A DNA stretch of 64,000 bases, from contig NC_059425.1 in NCBI RefSeq assembly GCF_021028975.2, forward strand, positions 102,734,001 to 102,798,000, given 5' to 3'. The position numbers and the translations under genes were made by a program. Positions 38,101 to 48,777 of the stretch are shown here, in pieces; within the stretch, counting starts at the first letter, position 1; every line of letters starts with the position of its first letter. This stretch comes from Sphaerodactylus townsendi. Taxonomy: Eukaryota. The notes below the pieces were generated by a model. That model was not told the origin of the DNA, ran no database searches, and saw only the letters and a list, made by a program, of their open reading frames with translations.

Positions 38101-41100
38101 AGTCTTCTAACATTTTTTTAACAACATCCCCAATTGTAATTAGTGCTTTCTGGAATAGAGAGATATCCAGTGTGACTAAACAGCTAACTTCAAAATATAG
38201 CGGGTGTAGTCAGAAAGGGATATTATTTTCTTGACAGCTAGATTTCTTGATTTTTTGGAAAGAAAAATAAAGAATATAATGAAAAACTGTTGTTTATCAT
38301 ATCTGTGTTGATTTTCTGAAGTGTTCTAGTAAAAAACATCAAGTTACTATCAAGATAATAGTGAGAGGGAACAAATTATTTTAGCAGGCTTATTTACGTC
38401 TATGGAAGTCTGAACAGTTGTTTCCTTGCTGCTTATGATAACTTTTAACAACCAATGGACCAGTTGGTTTTAATGAACCAATGTATACGTGGTGTAACCA
38501 GGAGGCCTCTGTCAAATCCCTCCCCCCACCCCGGGTTCCCTTTGGTTGTCTGTCAGTGTCACCTTATGCTCTTTGCATGTGTTTACTCACATTTTTTTCT
38601 GCTGGAACAGTAGGTTATCATCCCCATGACTGCCACAACAAGATTACCAAGATGAGAGCACTGTATTAACTAAGTAAAAATGGATTACCACAAGTATGTA
38701 CAGCCTGTTCAGTAATGTATGCTGCTATTGCAGCCATAGCTATGCTTCTTGTTATATGCAGTATTTTAACATATTTATCCCTGACAGAATTTTGCCAAAT
38801 CTATGGCTGGGAAGTTGCCCTCGTCAAGTGGAGCATGTGACTGTGAAGCTAAAACATGAGTTGGGGATTACAGCTATAATGAACTTCCAGACTGAATGGG
38901 ATATTGTTCAGAATTCTTGGGGGTGTAACCGCTATCCAGAACCTATGACCCCAGAAGTTCTCATGAAGTTGTACAAAGAAGAAGGCCTTGCTTATGTCTG
39001 GATGCCAACTCCAGACATGAGTACAGAAGGTAATGCTTAGATTGTACTATCAGCAAAATATGCTGGAGAAACAAAAATCTGTCAAGAATATATCTGCATC
39101 ATGTGAATAATTGGCTATAACATTCATGTTACTGTTATCCCCATGCAAATAGTTCAGAGATTAATAAGCCATATACGAGATGTTTTGCTCCTTGGCTATG
39201 CCTTGATCCTGCATTTATTACCTTTTGGCTTGCTCTGCATCTCTGTGAATCATGGCTAGTCTGTTTGCTTGTTCCTTGCATTTGCTTTTAGTTCTCCTCA
39301 TATCCTGTTATACCACATTTGAACATTCACTTCTTCATTTTCAAACATGGTTATAGTGAACCTGGCTTGTTTTCTAAAAGTAAAACCCATCAATTACTAC
39401 TAATCTTAATTAAAATATATTAAAAGCCTGAAATAAAAACTGATGAGTCTTACTCCATCTCTTTTATCAAAAGTAATTTAAATAATTAACTGTACTTAAC
39501 TTACAGTGTTACCCTCACCAAAGTTACACCTTTGGGACAATTTTGAGTAAAGAAAAAATAGATGAGAAAAGTAATGGGTATGGGGGGAGGGGGGACTGAG
39601 GCAACTGTCCACTGCACTGGGGAATGTTTAATCCTCCATCTCTTCTGTGGATTCTTTATATCCCAATAGTTCACATTAGGTAAAAAGGGGCACACAAGCT
39701 TTAATTAAAGGATCTCTTATTTGGAAACCTGCTAGACCAAGTCTATTTATGAGGTAATTAGAAATCAGTTTTTCATCAATATTTGACTAGAGAATGTTTA
39801 TTTAACAGAAATGTTTATTTAACAGAAAATAAAGTATTAAACATGCTAAGGATTTTTTGTGGAAATGCTTAGAAGATCAGCTTCACTTCCATAGGTTACA
39901 GTTTTTTCCAAACAAAAAGTAACCATTTGATATCTGAACTTCAGTTAATGTAAATAAACCTGAAGGGCAGTTTGATTCCACTTACACCAGAAAGGCTGCC
40001 TCAGTTTAACAGGTTTCACTGGAACCGATTTCCATAAAAGACAGGATCCTTTCCAGTCTCAAAGTTGCTTTTTTCACACAACAAACTCCTGTCTACAGAA
40101 CCTGCACATGCAAGTTAAGAACATTGGGTCCTTATCAGGATGTTTATATGGCTAACTGAAACAACTCCCCTCCACAAGCCTACTCCAAACCCTAACTAAA
40201 AGCCTAATAAAAACCCAACTGATGCTCAGAGCCACCAAAACTCCCTGTTTGCCACTTGAGGGCAAGATCGGTACTACTCAGAGTCCCCAAACCACAATAA
40301 TGAGACAATGCTCTTGTCTGTGGGGTAAAAATTCTGGCCATAGTCAAACTGTTTTATTGACAAAGGATGAAAAGAAGCATGAGGTGCAGCATAGGATCTG
40401 ATCTGTACACTGGGCAGCCCAAATGCTGTCCCCCCCAGTGAAACTGTTAACCTTGCTCAGCACTTGTGGAACTCAGCTGGGCAGAAGGCCTCTAGCTGGA
40501 GATCTGTTTTGCATAGCACAGTAATAGTGGAACTCAGTTGGGCGGATGGCCTCTTGCTGAAGAACTGTTTTACTGCTAAGGGGCACAAGCCTCAGTAGCT
40601 CTCACCTAGGTGTTCCTGACTCATGGCTTGGTCCACCCCAAACCTCTGAAGGAGTTACCACCAAAGAGGGTGGCTCCCCAGCTCCCCTCACTATCAGATC
40701 AGATCCCATGCGCAACCCGCCGACCTGGCTATGACAGCGAACACATGCATTAGCATTGTCCAAGGGGGAGAGGTAGGTGGGAAACTTATTGCCGCCACAC
40801 ATGAAAAGAAGGGGCCCAGGGCCGCGTGAAGCCTTATAAAGGCTCTCAGCCAGCCCCTCTTGATGACATCATGACGCCATGCTGGTGTCACAATGTCTTC
40901 GCCCATAATGGGCATAGCCGCTGCCTGCCTTCCACGCTTCTAAGAGCTGTGTTTTGATTTTTTGAAGTGTTTTCTTTTGTATTTCATATTTTTGTTTTGT
41001 ATTAATGTAATAGTAGTGTGAAAGTATATATGGTTTTTGTGCATGTTGAGGAAATTTAAAAATATACATTAAATTAATTGTTACTCATAACTGCAAGATT

Positions 41101-44100
41101 TTTCTAAAAATTAACAACTTTCACTATTACTTTAATCTCATTTTCTGATTTATATTATTTGTTTTTTATATTTTTATGCAGCACAATTTATCTGCCTTGG
41201 AGAGCAATCCTGAGCAGGTCTACTCAGAATTGTGCTCAGGCCTATTTGATGAGGCTTAGTGTCAGGATAATTTTCTTAAGAGTGGACTGTTCACCACAGT
41301 GGCTGAAGTAGCTTGGGTATTTGCTAAACGAGGCAAGAGTCATCTTACTTTGTTTCTGAGATTACACTCTTGACTCCTCCCACCTTACTGTAAGAAACTG
41401 GCAATATAGGCTAGGCTGGATCTTCTTGTTTCCTCATGCTTGAAAGAATCCTACAGAAGTCTAGTTCCTCATGGTCTGTGACTGTCTCTTGAGATAAAAC
41501 TATAATTGATTAATACATCTTTGTTTTATTATGGGCAGCACTTCATCTGCTGTGCCTGCTTTCTTAGGAAGTTCCATCTCATACTTTGGAAGACATATTC
41601 CCATATATCACTTCGCTCAATAAATGCTGATCTCATGTAGTATATTTATTTATTTGAATTTATTTATTATATTCTGTTTTTCAGGTGATATAATTTCCAA
41701 AGCAACTATTAATGAGATAAACTGTAATGATATTATCCATAAGATTAAAAAATTGTGAATAATTATCAGTAAAATACTAAAATAGAGTAGTTTGATTTAC
41801 CATTGAAAGCTTTAGAACAAAAAACAGATGTAAAATAAGCTGTTCCAGGTGATGCCAGCTGTTAATGCCTCCAGTTTAGCATTGCCAGCTGTGGGTTGAA
41901 AATTCCTAGAGAACTGGGGGTAGTGATTGGAGATGACAGAGTTTGAGAAGGGGAGGGAACTCAGCAGGTGTATGTGGTGTCAATACAGAGCAGTGATTCC
42001 ACCTTCCCAGAGAGACAGGTTGTGAAACTTCAGCTTCTTGTTTCTGGTGGGTCATACCTCTTCCTCTCTGTTTCTTTCTGCCTACTATCCTGATTATTGA
42101 CTTTCCTTTGCTCTCTTTTATCTTTTTTTCTATTTGACTATACTTTCCTCTATTTAGCTCTCAACCAGCAGACTTTAGTATCTACACCAGGCTAGAATTT
42201 GGCCTTAGTGGCACTTTTTCAGCTCGATCTTGGCTGCAGCCAAGGAGCACTAGCTGGCAGGCTTTCCAAAAGGCATGAAGCTGACGATGACCAATTGCAG
42301 CTCTGAGGAATGCTTCCTCTCTGGGGATGAACCTGGGGCATCCCTAATGGCCATGGAAATATGGCCCAAGTCAGCACATCCCCTGAGGGGGCTGCTCAAG
42401 CTTCTGTGGGCCAGACAGCAGCAGCCATTTCCTGCGCTGCAGCTAAGCCCGTCAAAGAGGCATGAAGCAAGAAAATGGCCACTATGAGGGAGGATATGGA
42501 CTCCCTACTGGAGGAAAGGGGTTTAGCGCTTTCTCTGGGCTCTTCCAACCCTGAGCCTTCACCCTCTCATACCAGAGGGAGCGGGGAAAGAAAGCATAAA
42601 CCTAGACCAACTTCTGAAACAACCATTTCCTCCATGGGAAGTGAATTCTGTAGACTGGAAATTAGTTACATTTCCAGAAAAACTTCTAGCCCTACCTTGA
42701 GGTATTCAAAATTCCTCCTCTAACAAATTTGAGTGGCTTTTATTTTTATTGAGCTTGAGCTGTTAAGTTTGCTTCTGAGCTGTTGTCGTCAATTTGGTGG
42801 ATTCAACACAGGCCAAATATAGCATCTGCAGAATGTTAAAAAAGGGGGTGGGGGTGGGGGGGAGGGGGCTTTGCACAGGTCTCATTCCCAAAATGAGTTT
42901 GGCCTAGTTTATTCTCTTCAACCCAGGATTTTCAAAAATCGCTAAACCAGTGATCCTTTTGCATAATCCTGGGTTGGAGGCGCTCCTGCACGAACACAAT
43001 AGGCATGAGAATCTTTATTTCCCTCCCTTCCACCCATTCACTTTAAGTTCCTCGCCATCCACTATGTCAGGGAGAATCCATCCATTCACCACCATTCTGT
43101 GCACTCAGGTTGCTCAGCACATTGTGGGCAGATTCTCAAAGTTTCCAACAGTGCACAAAGTCCCTCCACCACATTTTCTCCGTGGCAGCTAGTATAACCA
43201 CCCTATAGATCTACAGCAACACATTCATTATTGCCCAGTCACTGCAGGGTGGTCCCTTTTTCTTCTTTTCTTTTTTGTGTTGCACATGCGCAGCCACGCA
43301 GGTGCAGCTGATTAGATTGTGGGACAATTAGCACAGCTGTGAGGATTCATTTCTGTATGCCTGTGCTGCTATGCATGTGTTACAGAAATTAAAAGAGAGA
43401 GAAAAGTCTCCATGTGAAGGCACAAAAGCAACCCAAATTGTTTCCATGGGCTCAAATCACTGCCTGAATGGGTGAAGGGCACACATGCAAACCGGAAAAA
43501 AAGATAACGGGTTCCTTTATAACTGTTAGATCTCAGTCCTTAAGCCAATAAACAGACTCTTGATGGTTGATCAGAAGCATTTATTGTAGGCAGTAAGGCA
43601 GTAATTCCTAGCTTGAGAAAGCCAGTTCTGGAGTCCTGGCTTTCCTAGGCTGTTTTATCCCCGAACCAACGAAAGTGTGAAAAGGATTGTTTAGGAGCCT
43701 AGGCGTCTCAAGGACACAGAAGGGAGAAAGTTATGCCACCTGCAAAACCTCCCCCCTGTGGTACAACGGACATATCCTGTTGACCGAGGGTTGGATGTTT
43801 CTCAGGGACTCGCCTGGTTATCTACATTTGTTATCAAGCAATAAACATCAAAGGCGAAATAGAGGAAAACAAGCAACAGACCCCTTTTACATATCAGTCA
43901 GTAGGTACATAAATCAGATCAGACATAGAGCAGGCTACATAGTTGCCCCAGTTCCCATCAAAAGCAGGTTCTGACAATAACAACTGCAACCTGTTATAAA
44001 TATGCTGTCCAGAATCCACCTTTATAAAAGTTGTGTCTGTCACCATACCTCATTTTAAATCTATGTTCTTGAGGAGGCTTTGGCCAAATTACTATTTGAA

Positions 44101-46539
44101 TCTATCCCTCCTTACAGTGTTGTTATCAGGATACATATGATAAGAACTGCACAGCACTTTGTAAATTTGAAGATGCAACAAAAATTATTAACAGTCTGTG
44201 ACCTTTGACATCCCAGTTAATGTAGCCATTTTAATAGAAGCAGCTACATAGTGTATGAAGTGAAAGTCATTTAGATATCAAACAGTATTCAAATTACACT
44301 TCAACACTGTGCTACAACAGCATTGCAATGTTATGCATTTTCTCTTTCTCTCTTCCATAATTTTGGCCAATCGCTTACTTCAGGCAGTCATATTTCATGG
44401 TGAAGCTGACTTGTTTGGTAGGAAGTAAGCAAAAATATTAAACTTAAAAGAGCATCTGATATATAATTGGACTGGTAACAAGCACTATATTTGCAGGAGG
44501 TCTTTAAGCAATGATTTATATTTTTATATCATCAGTGGAATTTTTAGTACATTTGTCTAAATTGTCTCCAATCAGCATATATTTAACATTCTTTGCAAGA
44601 AAAGTTGTCTTGAAAAACATCAGTAGATTGGTTTTTTTACCAATTATACTAAACTAAATGAAACTTTTGGGTTTGTGTTGGCAGAAATCTTATTCAAGTC
44701 TTTAAAAATTATAATAAGTTGGAAGGCATTTAAGTGGCTTCAGATATAAACTGCAAATGAAAGGGTTTTTACCTCTATGAATAAAAGAATAACAAACCTT
44801 TAAAGAAAAAGTTTGTGTAGGCATCTGGCCCAACCTGCCTATCTATCTACTGTTGATATACCTGGGGCAGTATATGCTAAGGTCACTCATCACTTGATTC
44901 AATTTATTGAGGCAAATAATGTTGTGAACAGCTGTAGATGTTTCACTCCAAGTGTGGAAGTACTCATATACATGAGCTCCTTCCAGACCCTCCATATAAT
45001 ATGTATGATGTACAATAGCCCAGGCTAGACTCATCTCATCTGCTGAGCAGGGTCAGCTCTGGTTAGTACTCAGATGAGAAATCTCATAGGAAGTGTAGGG
45101 CTGCTACGCAGAGGCAGTCAAGGGCATACTGCCTCTGAATATCTCTTGCCCTGAAATCTGTATGAGGTTGCAATAAGTCAGCTGAAATTTAATGGCAAAA
45201 AAAGGAGCAGCAGTGGCGTAGGAGGTTAAGAGCTCGTGTATCTAATCTGGAGGAACCGAGTTTGATTCCCAGCTCTGCCACCTGAGCTGTGGAGGCTTAT
45301 CTGGGGAATTCAGATTAGCCTGTACACTCCCACACACACCAGCTAGGTGACCTTGGGCTAGTCACAGCTTCTCGGAGCTCTCTCAGCCCCACCTACCTCA
45401 CAGGGTGTTTGTTGTGAGGGGGGAAGGGCAAGGAGATTGTAAGCCCCTTTGAGTCTCCTACAGGAGAGAAAGAGGGGATATAAATCCAAACTCTTCTTCT
45501 TCCAGTCCTTGAACTCTTTAAGGAGCAATAGTAGAAAGAATGCTAACAGTGGTACACTTTATTTTTCTGGAGCAAGTCCTATTGTCCTGAAGTGTTTGAA
45601 AACCACTGCTTTCAGATTAAGAATGGCTGGTAAAAATGCAGAAATGAGGTAACTCTTAATCTCTCCAACATGTATTTGCTTTGTAGTCACCATAAAGTAC
45701 AATCCATTTAGGACTGGTTTGTTTGAATGGTTATTGAACACATGGTTTCTACATTGGGTCATTCCTTTATATATACAGGATGGGACACATGTTAATTGTC
45801 ATAGTGGAACATCAAAAAGAGGATATTAAATGGGTGTCATAGGTAGAAACACAAATATGGGGGTACAAAACTGCTTGAAAAAAATAATGTGTCACTTTAA
45901 AGAATTGTTGAGTTGTTGCTCAGTCTAGCAAACAAAGTTGTACACTGATATCCTAGGACTCAGCCTATTATATTGCCTAGGGCAAGATTCCTAGAAAAGG
46001 CTGCAGTTTGAAAACCCAGAAACTGGCTCTTCTGCAAATCCTTGGCTTGTCATTATAATGCAGTCCCTTAGTGCAAGTCACAAGATGAAAAGTGTATGTG
46101 TGTGTGTGTGTGGGGGGGGGGGTGTTAAACCAATGAAAATGTGAACTATATATAGCTTGATCTGAATCTATGTTTACATAGCTCAGTGAAGTTAAAGATA
46201 TAATATTGACAAAGCTTACTAGGGTTTTTTGGCATGTATTTGACAGTTCTGTTTTTATTCATAGGTAGAGTACAGATGTTGCCTCAGGCTGTCTGTCTCC
46301 TCCATGGGTTGCTGGAGAACGGGCACACTGTCTACGTTCATTGCAATGCAGGTGTTGGCAGGTCCACAGCTGCAGTTTGTGGCTGGTTAAAATATGTGCT
46401 GGGATGGAATTTGAGGAAAGTGCAGTATTTTGTGGCTTCCCGAAGAGCAGCCATCTACATTGACGAAGAAGCTCTCATGTCTGCTGAGGAGGATTTCTTT
46501 CAGAAATTTGGATCTCTTCATTCTTCATGCAAGCCTTAA
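1388..46539 (+). CDS. EPM2A: Laforin (glucan phosphatase), spliced CDS join(1388..1652,23839..24013,38788..39029,46265..46539), 318 aa
   Basis: Exons of 265+175+242+275 = 957 nt splice in frame at GT-AG sites. N-terminal CBM20 ([33 protein letters not shown]) is followed by a DSP domain with HCNAGVGRS, the recognisable laforin sequence. Confidence 0.98.
2128..2166. repeat. (GTT)n microsatellite
   Basis: Direct read. Confidence 0.95.
2346..2680. repeat. Second array of the same hairpin repeat (3 cores), in intron 1
   Basis: Cores at 2394, 2495, 2593, same orientation as the upstream array. Confidence 0.95.
3792..4011. mobile_element. Non-autonomous hAT-type MITE (TAGGGTTG...CAACCCTA termini)
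   Basis: Terminal inverted repeats; degenerate 8-bp TSD CCAGTGAG/CCTGTGGG. Confidence 0.75.
4273..4994. mobile_element. Non-autonomous hAT (Charlie-like) element with GC-rich internal tandem repeats
   Basis: TIRs CAGGGGTCAGCAACC / GGTTGCGGACCCCTG; perfect 8-bp TSD CTCTAGTT (4265-4272, 4995-5002); internal repeats GTGGGGCAGAGGGGGGATGG. Confidence 0.9.
5570..6425 (-). mobile_element. L1-clade LINE 3' fragment (ORF2 C-terminus and 3' UTR), decayed
   Basis: Minus strand reads [17 protein letters not shown]...CWKCQE...FFHMW*TC, the ORF2 CCHC region, followed by a T-rich UTR. Confidence 0.75.
8521..9627 (+). mobile_element. Young 5'-truncated CR1 LINE (RT C-terminus, 3' UTR, (TTCTTATG)n tail)
   Basis: ORF 8535-9065: [45 protein letters not shown]; frameshift in an A-run near 9035; octamer tail. 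Confidence 0.95.
11861..11985 (-). mobile_element. LINE 3' end with (ATTCT)n tail, probably Rex/Babar-like
   Basis: (ATAGA)n followed by TCTTTATTGGCCAAGTGTGATTGGACACACAAGGAATTTG; family assigned from recall only. Confidence 0.5.
12755..12982 (-). mobile_element. Decayed tRNA-headed SINE
   Basis: Reverse complement begins TAGTGGTTAAGAGCAATGCACTCTAATCTGGAGAACCAGATTTGATT (A/B boxes), matching the heads at 25750 and 45205. Confidence 0.7.
13045..13255 (-). mobile_element. 5S rRNA-derived SINE (SINE3 / 5S-Sauria-like)
   Basis: Reverse complement CAGGCTAGCCTGATCTTATTAGAACTTGAAAGCTAAGCAGGGTCAGCC resembles the 5S rRNA internal promoter region. Confidence 0.65.
13330..13890 (+). mobile_element. Probable L1 3' remnant containing a ~68-bp tandem duplication with (TA)n(GA)n
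   Basis: [14 protein letters not shown]-like ORF2 end; CAATGAAATGAA..GTTATATATA..GAGAGAGA occurs twice (13461, 13529). Confidence 0.45.
15094..17108 (+). mobile_element. Penelope-like retroelement (RT + GIY-YIG endonuclease), decayed, with inverted pLTR segment at the left end
   Basis: [69 protein letters not shown]; 15094-15163 is the reverse complement of the pLTR end; 13-bp TSD TTACAGAACAACT (15081-15093, 17109-17121). Confidence 0.93.
17016..17056 (+). ncRNA. Minimal type-I hammerhead ribozyme motif (Penelope pLTR)
   Basis: CCT-CTGAAGA-T-GCC(AGCCACAGATGCA)GGC-GAAAC-GTT-AGG: both core boxes, stem II, and stem I CCT/AGG. Confidence 0.7.
17130..17925 (+). mobile_element. L2-clade LINE 3' fragment
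   Basis: [37 protein letters not shown] motifs; T-rich UTR. Confidence 0.8.
19279..20280. mobile_element. Solo-LTR-like insertion in the old CR1
   Basis: 5-bp TSD TCTCC (19274-19278, 20281-20285); ends in ..AGAACA; starts GG rather than TG. Confidence 0.6.
19472..19909. mobile_element. Solo LTR nested in the previous element
   Basis: TGTTGGGGA...TCCTAACA termini; 5-bp TSD AATAT (19467-19471, 19910-19914). Confidence 0.8.
20359..20918 (-). mobile_element. Young CR1 3' fragment (same family as 8521-9627)
   Basis: AAGAACATAAGA tail; [26 protein letters not shown]. Confidence 0.9.
22301..23683. mobile_element. Foldback/long-TIR element (~200-bp imperfect arms) inside a TAGGGTTGCC-type hAT MITE
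   Basis: 22301-22470 plus 22975-23005 is the reverse complement of ~23476-23683 (e.g. TTACAGATAATAACTCAAGATAATCCA / TGGATTATCTTGAGTTATTATCTGTAA). Confidence 0.75.
22473..22974. mobile_element. CpG-rich PIF/Harbinger-like MITE
   Basis: TIRs GGCCGTTTCTGCA / TGCGGAAATGGCC; 3-bp TSD AGG. Confidence 0.85.
23839..24013 (+). CDS. EPM2A: EPM2A exon 2 (end of CBM20 and linker)
   Basis: Acceptor tttttttcag|GC; encodes [59 protein letters not shown]; donor CCAG|GTAAAA; 175 nt. Confidence 0.97.
25750..26003 (+). mobile_element. tRNA-derived Squam3-like SINE
   Basis: GTGTAGTGGTTAAGAGC (A box)..GGTTTGATTCCC (B box)..GTGACCTTGGGCTAGTCAC..CCCCACCTACCTCACAGGG. Confidence 0.85.
26010..26095. repeat. (CCT)n(CTT)n compound microsatellite at the SINE tail
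   Basis: Direct read. Confidence 0.95.
27229..27358. mobile_element. 130-bp palindromic hAT MITE
   Basis: TIRs CAGGGGTAGGGAACCTG / CAGGTTCCCTACCCCTG; 8-bp TSD GTCTAGAG/CTCTAGAG. Confidence 0.92.
27960..30260. mobile_element. Decayed DIRS-like retrotransposon remnant
   Basis: Mutually complementary terminal-type motifs ACTTACCTGTAATTGTTGTTCAT..TCTTCTGTGCAGGCAC (~29915) and GTGCCTGCATAGAAGGCCAC..ATGAACAACATAAGTAAGT (~30210); no intact ORF; left boundary uncertain. Confidence 0.5.
28634..28755 (-). mobile_element. CR1 3' UTR fragment
   Basis: CATAAGAACATAAGAACAAGCCAGCTGGATCAGACC is the reverse complement of the tail at 9580-9627. Confidence 0.9.
30689..30919. mobile_element. Tc1/mariner (Tigger/pogo-like) MITE
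   Basis: TA|CCGTGTTTCCCCGAAAATAAG...CTTATATTCGGGGAAACAGGG|TA. Confidence 0.9.
32351..32559 (-). mobile_element. 5'-truncated Sauria-type SINE
   Basis: GGTAAAAGGTAAAG (ACCTTT-type tail on the minus strand); 14-bp TSD GGCCCCTGCTGTAA (32337-32350, 32560-32573). Confidence 0.75.
32830..34985 (+). mobile_element. Decayed L2-clade LINE (RT region to 3' end) with an unrelated insert at ~33135-33590
   Basis: [52 protein letters not shown] motifs; AATAAA-type end. Confidence 0.75.
35856..36090. mobile_element. hAT-type MITE
   Basis: CAGGGATGCAC...TATGCCTCTG termini; 8-bp TSD CCTTGGAG/CCTTGCAG. Confidence 0.7.
37401..37620. mobile_element. Tc1/mariner (Tigger/pogo-like) MITE, opposite orientation to 30689
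   Basis: TA|CCCTGTTTCCCCAAAAATAAG...TTTTTGGGGAAACACGG|TA. Confidence 0.88.
38788..39029 (+). CDS. EPM2A: EPM2A exon 3 (DSP domain N-terminal half incl. D-loop PDMS)
   Basis: Acceptor ctgacag|A; encodes [43 protein letters not shown]...[11 protein letters not shown]; donor GAAG|GTAATG; 242 nt. Confidence 0.97.
43524..43976 (-). mobile_element. Solo LTR
   Basis: TGTTAGA...TCTGACA termini; 5-bp TSD ATAAC (43519-43523, 43977-43981); minus-strand AATAAA near 43580. Confidence 0.85.
45015..45203 (+). mobile_element. 5S-derived SINE
   Basis: GCTGAGCAGGGTCAGCTCTGGTTAGTACTCAGATGAGA resembles 5S rRNA; A-tail. Confidence 0.65.
45204..45502 (+). mobile_element. Full-length Squam3-like SINE at the tail of the 5S SINE
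   Basis: GGAGCAGCAGTGGCGTAGGAGGTTAAGAGC..GAGTTTGATTCCC..ATAAATCCAAACTCTTCTTCTTC. Confidence 0.88.
46265..46539 (+). CDS. EPM2A: EPM2A exon 4 (catalytic CX5R loop to stop)
   Basis: Acceptor tttttattcatag|GT; encodes [41 protein letters not shown]...SSCKP*; HCNAGVGRS at 46339-46365; TAA ends at 46539. Confidence 0.97.
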
Positions 46540-46995
46540 CAGAAAAAAAGAGGAAATCAGTAGAGCTGCTGTCAAACCCAAGCATTTGACAAATCAGTGA
46601 CATGGCTCTCAAAATGGCATGAGTGCCTGAAGAAAAGAATAGATTGTTATTACTCATAAGAATAAGAAGCATGATACGCCCTCTGAATGCATGCTTTACA
46701 TTTTTAGTTTTCCTGAAACAATTTAAGCATAAGGACTTTAATTCAACTGTGCATGCAGGCAGAGCCAGGGCTATGAGTGAGTGAGCAGTTCTGTTGAAAA
46801 GCAATAATTATTGCTAAGCAGGATGGTAGAGAGGGCAACCATGGGAAACTAAATCCACCCTATCCTTTTCCTCGCAAACAGTTGCTGAAGCACTATTTCA
46901 GTTTTTTAAAACTGCATTTTCCATACGCAGCCCCCAGCAGTAGTAAGCACACTACATATGTGGACACTCTGGTCCTCTTCCACCTAGGGAATTAT

Positions 46996-47956
46996 GGCCT
47001 TTTTTGCATGGCACAATTACATCGGGGTTGAACTGGATCATATATACTTGGGCTTTTAATCCTGGTTTCTGCCTATGCACAGCTCCCCACTTCTGCCCAG
47101 GTGCAGAGTTAGGACCAGTAGGAAATGCTCCAGTTTGCTCCGCATGAGCTGGACTTCTGTATTTACTTTGGAGGCTTGACTGAGCATGCCCAGTGTCCCG
47201 TGTTCTGATTGGCTGTTGTTTTTGAATGGCAGCTTGAATGGATGTCAGGCGGAGAGATCAGGCGGCTGGGCAGGAAAAATACACTTGGTCTGCTCCCGGT
47301 TGGTGTTTTTGTGTATGTGCTGTGGGTATGAAAGAAATTGATCTGTGTTTTTAATGGTTTAAGGTAAGATTTTGATGTCAGGGAAAGAAACTAATGAATA
47401 GATCTGCTAATTAATTTAAAATAAAGCTTTTACTGAGGAAAATATACCAAGTGATTGTTCTGATTGGCTGCTGTTTTTGAGTGGCAGCTTGAATAGACAT
47501 CAGGTGGGGAGATAAGGTGGTTGGGCAAGAAAAATAAACCAGTCCTGCTCCTGATTGGTTTTTGCAAGGTAGCAGGCACAAGCAGGCTCACACCAGGATT
47601 TTTTAAAAGAACCTCCAAACTGGCGATTTTTGAAAATCCCAGGCTAAAGTTGATCTCAGATTACAAATGCCTTAACAGACCAGGTGCTCAGGAGCAGCAG
47701 GAGCAGAAGGCCATTGCTTTCACATCCTGCACGTGAGCTCCAAAAGGCACCTGGTGGGCCACTGCGAGTAGCAGAGTGCTGGACTAGATGGACTCTGGTC
47801 TGATCCAGCAGGCTAGTTCTTATGTTCTTAAAGTAAATATTGTGGGGCAACACTGGGACAGACCCTGTGCAGCTCCGGGAGCTGTGCAGAATTCCCAGCT
47901 GAACTGGGATATTTTCCATGCTCACCCCAGAATATTTTGACCATGCAAAAACAGCC
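46996..47956. mobile_element. PIF/Harbinger-like non-autonomous element carrying a CR1 tail (47652-47830, +)
   Basis: TIRs GGCCTTTTTTGCATGG / CCATGCAAAAACAGCC; 3-bp TSD TAT; internal ~110-bp duplication (47202, 47458). Confidence 0.8.
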
Positions 47957-48777
47957 TATGAATTCTCTTGCTGGATCAGGATGAAACTCTTCCTAACTTA
48001 CTACACACAGACACCCCAAACAATTTCATACAGTAGTATACTGAAAATGACAAGTATGGGGTGTGTAAGAGAAAAGAGATAGAAAGGTAGAAAAAAAACC
48101 CACAGAGGAAGCTATTACACATCAGTAAGTGTTCATGGTTTTTCACACAGGTAGAACAATTTGGTAATTTCAAAGGGGACTCATGGAGTGGAATGAAGAA
48201 ACATTAAAGTTGTGTAATACTCTCATTGCATTGGTTCATTTTTTGTGATGCATGACTAAATCCTTATCTTACAACATGTGTAATGATTTAGATTTTAAAT
48301 ATAAATTTTAAAACTAGCTGCTAAATTGATTTTAATGTGTGTATTTTAAGTATGGGATTTTCAGTTGTGATTCTTGTTGTGTATATTGAAATTTCAATTT
48401 TTTATTAGCTAGTTTTTAATTGTAAACTCTCTAGGGTAGGGAACTGTTTCACTTTATAGGATGAAGTTGTACATCAATAACAGACAGTTAATTGCTGAGC
48501 CTGCCCTATTGGCATTGTGTGAGTGCTGAGTCACCTTTTGGCTACACATATGATAAGGAGAAGCCTCCAAGCCTCTATTTGGGTGACAGGCAGCACCTTA
48601 ATCCTTTCTTCTCAAGAAATCTTTTGTGCTCTTGATAGGGTAAGTCTACATGTAGAAACCTCTTTCTTCATATGGATAGCATTTTCTAAATCAAAGTATG
48701 ACTGTGTTCCCATAAGCAAGAAGCATATATTCCAAAGGAGATATAGATAATTGCTACGGGAAGCTCCAAATGACAAA

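Noticed and set aside
39480-40910. Possible LTR-like segments in intron 3
   Set aside because: Repeat-like texture, but I could not find matching TG..CA termini with a TSD.
46262-46270. Recursive-splice AG|GT or alternative acceptor at the exon 4 start (TAG|GTAGAG)
   Set aside because: GTAGAG is a weak donor explained by Gly-Arg codons; no supporting evidence from sequence alone.
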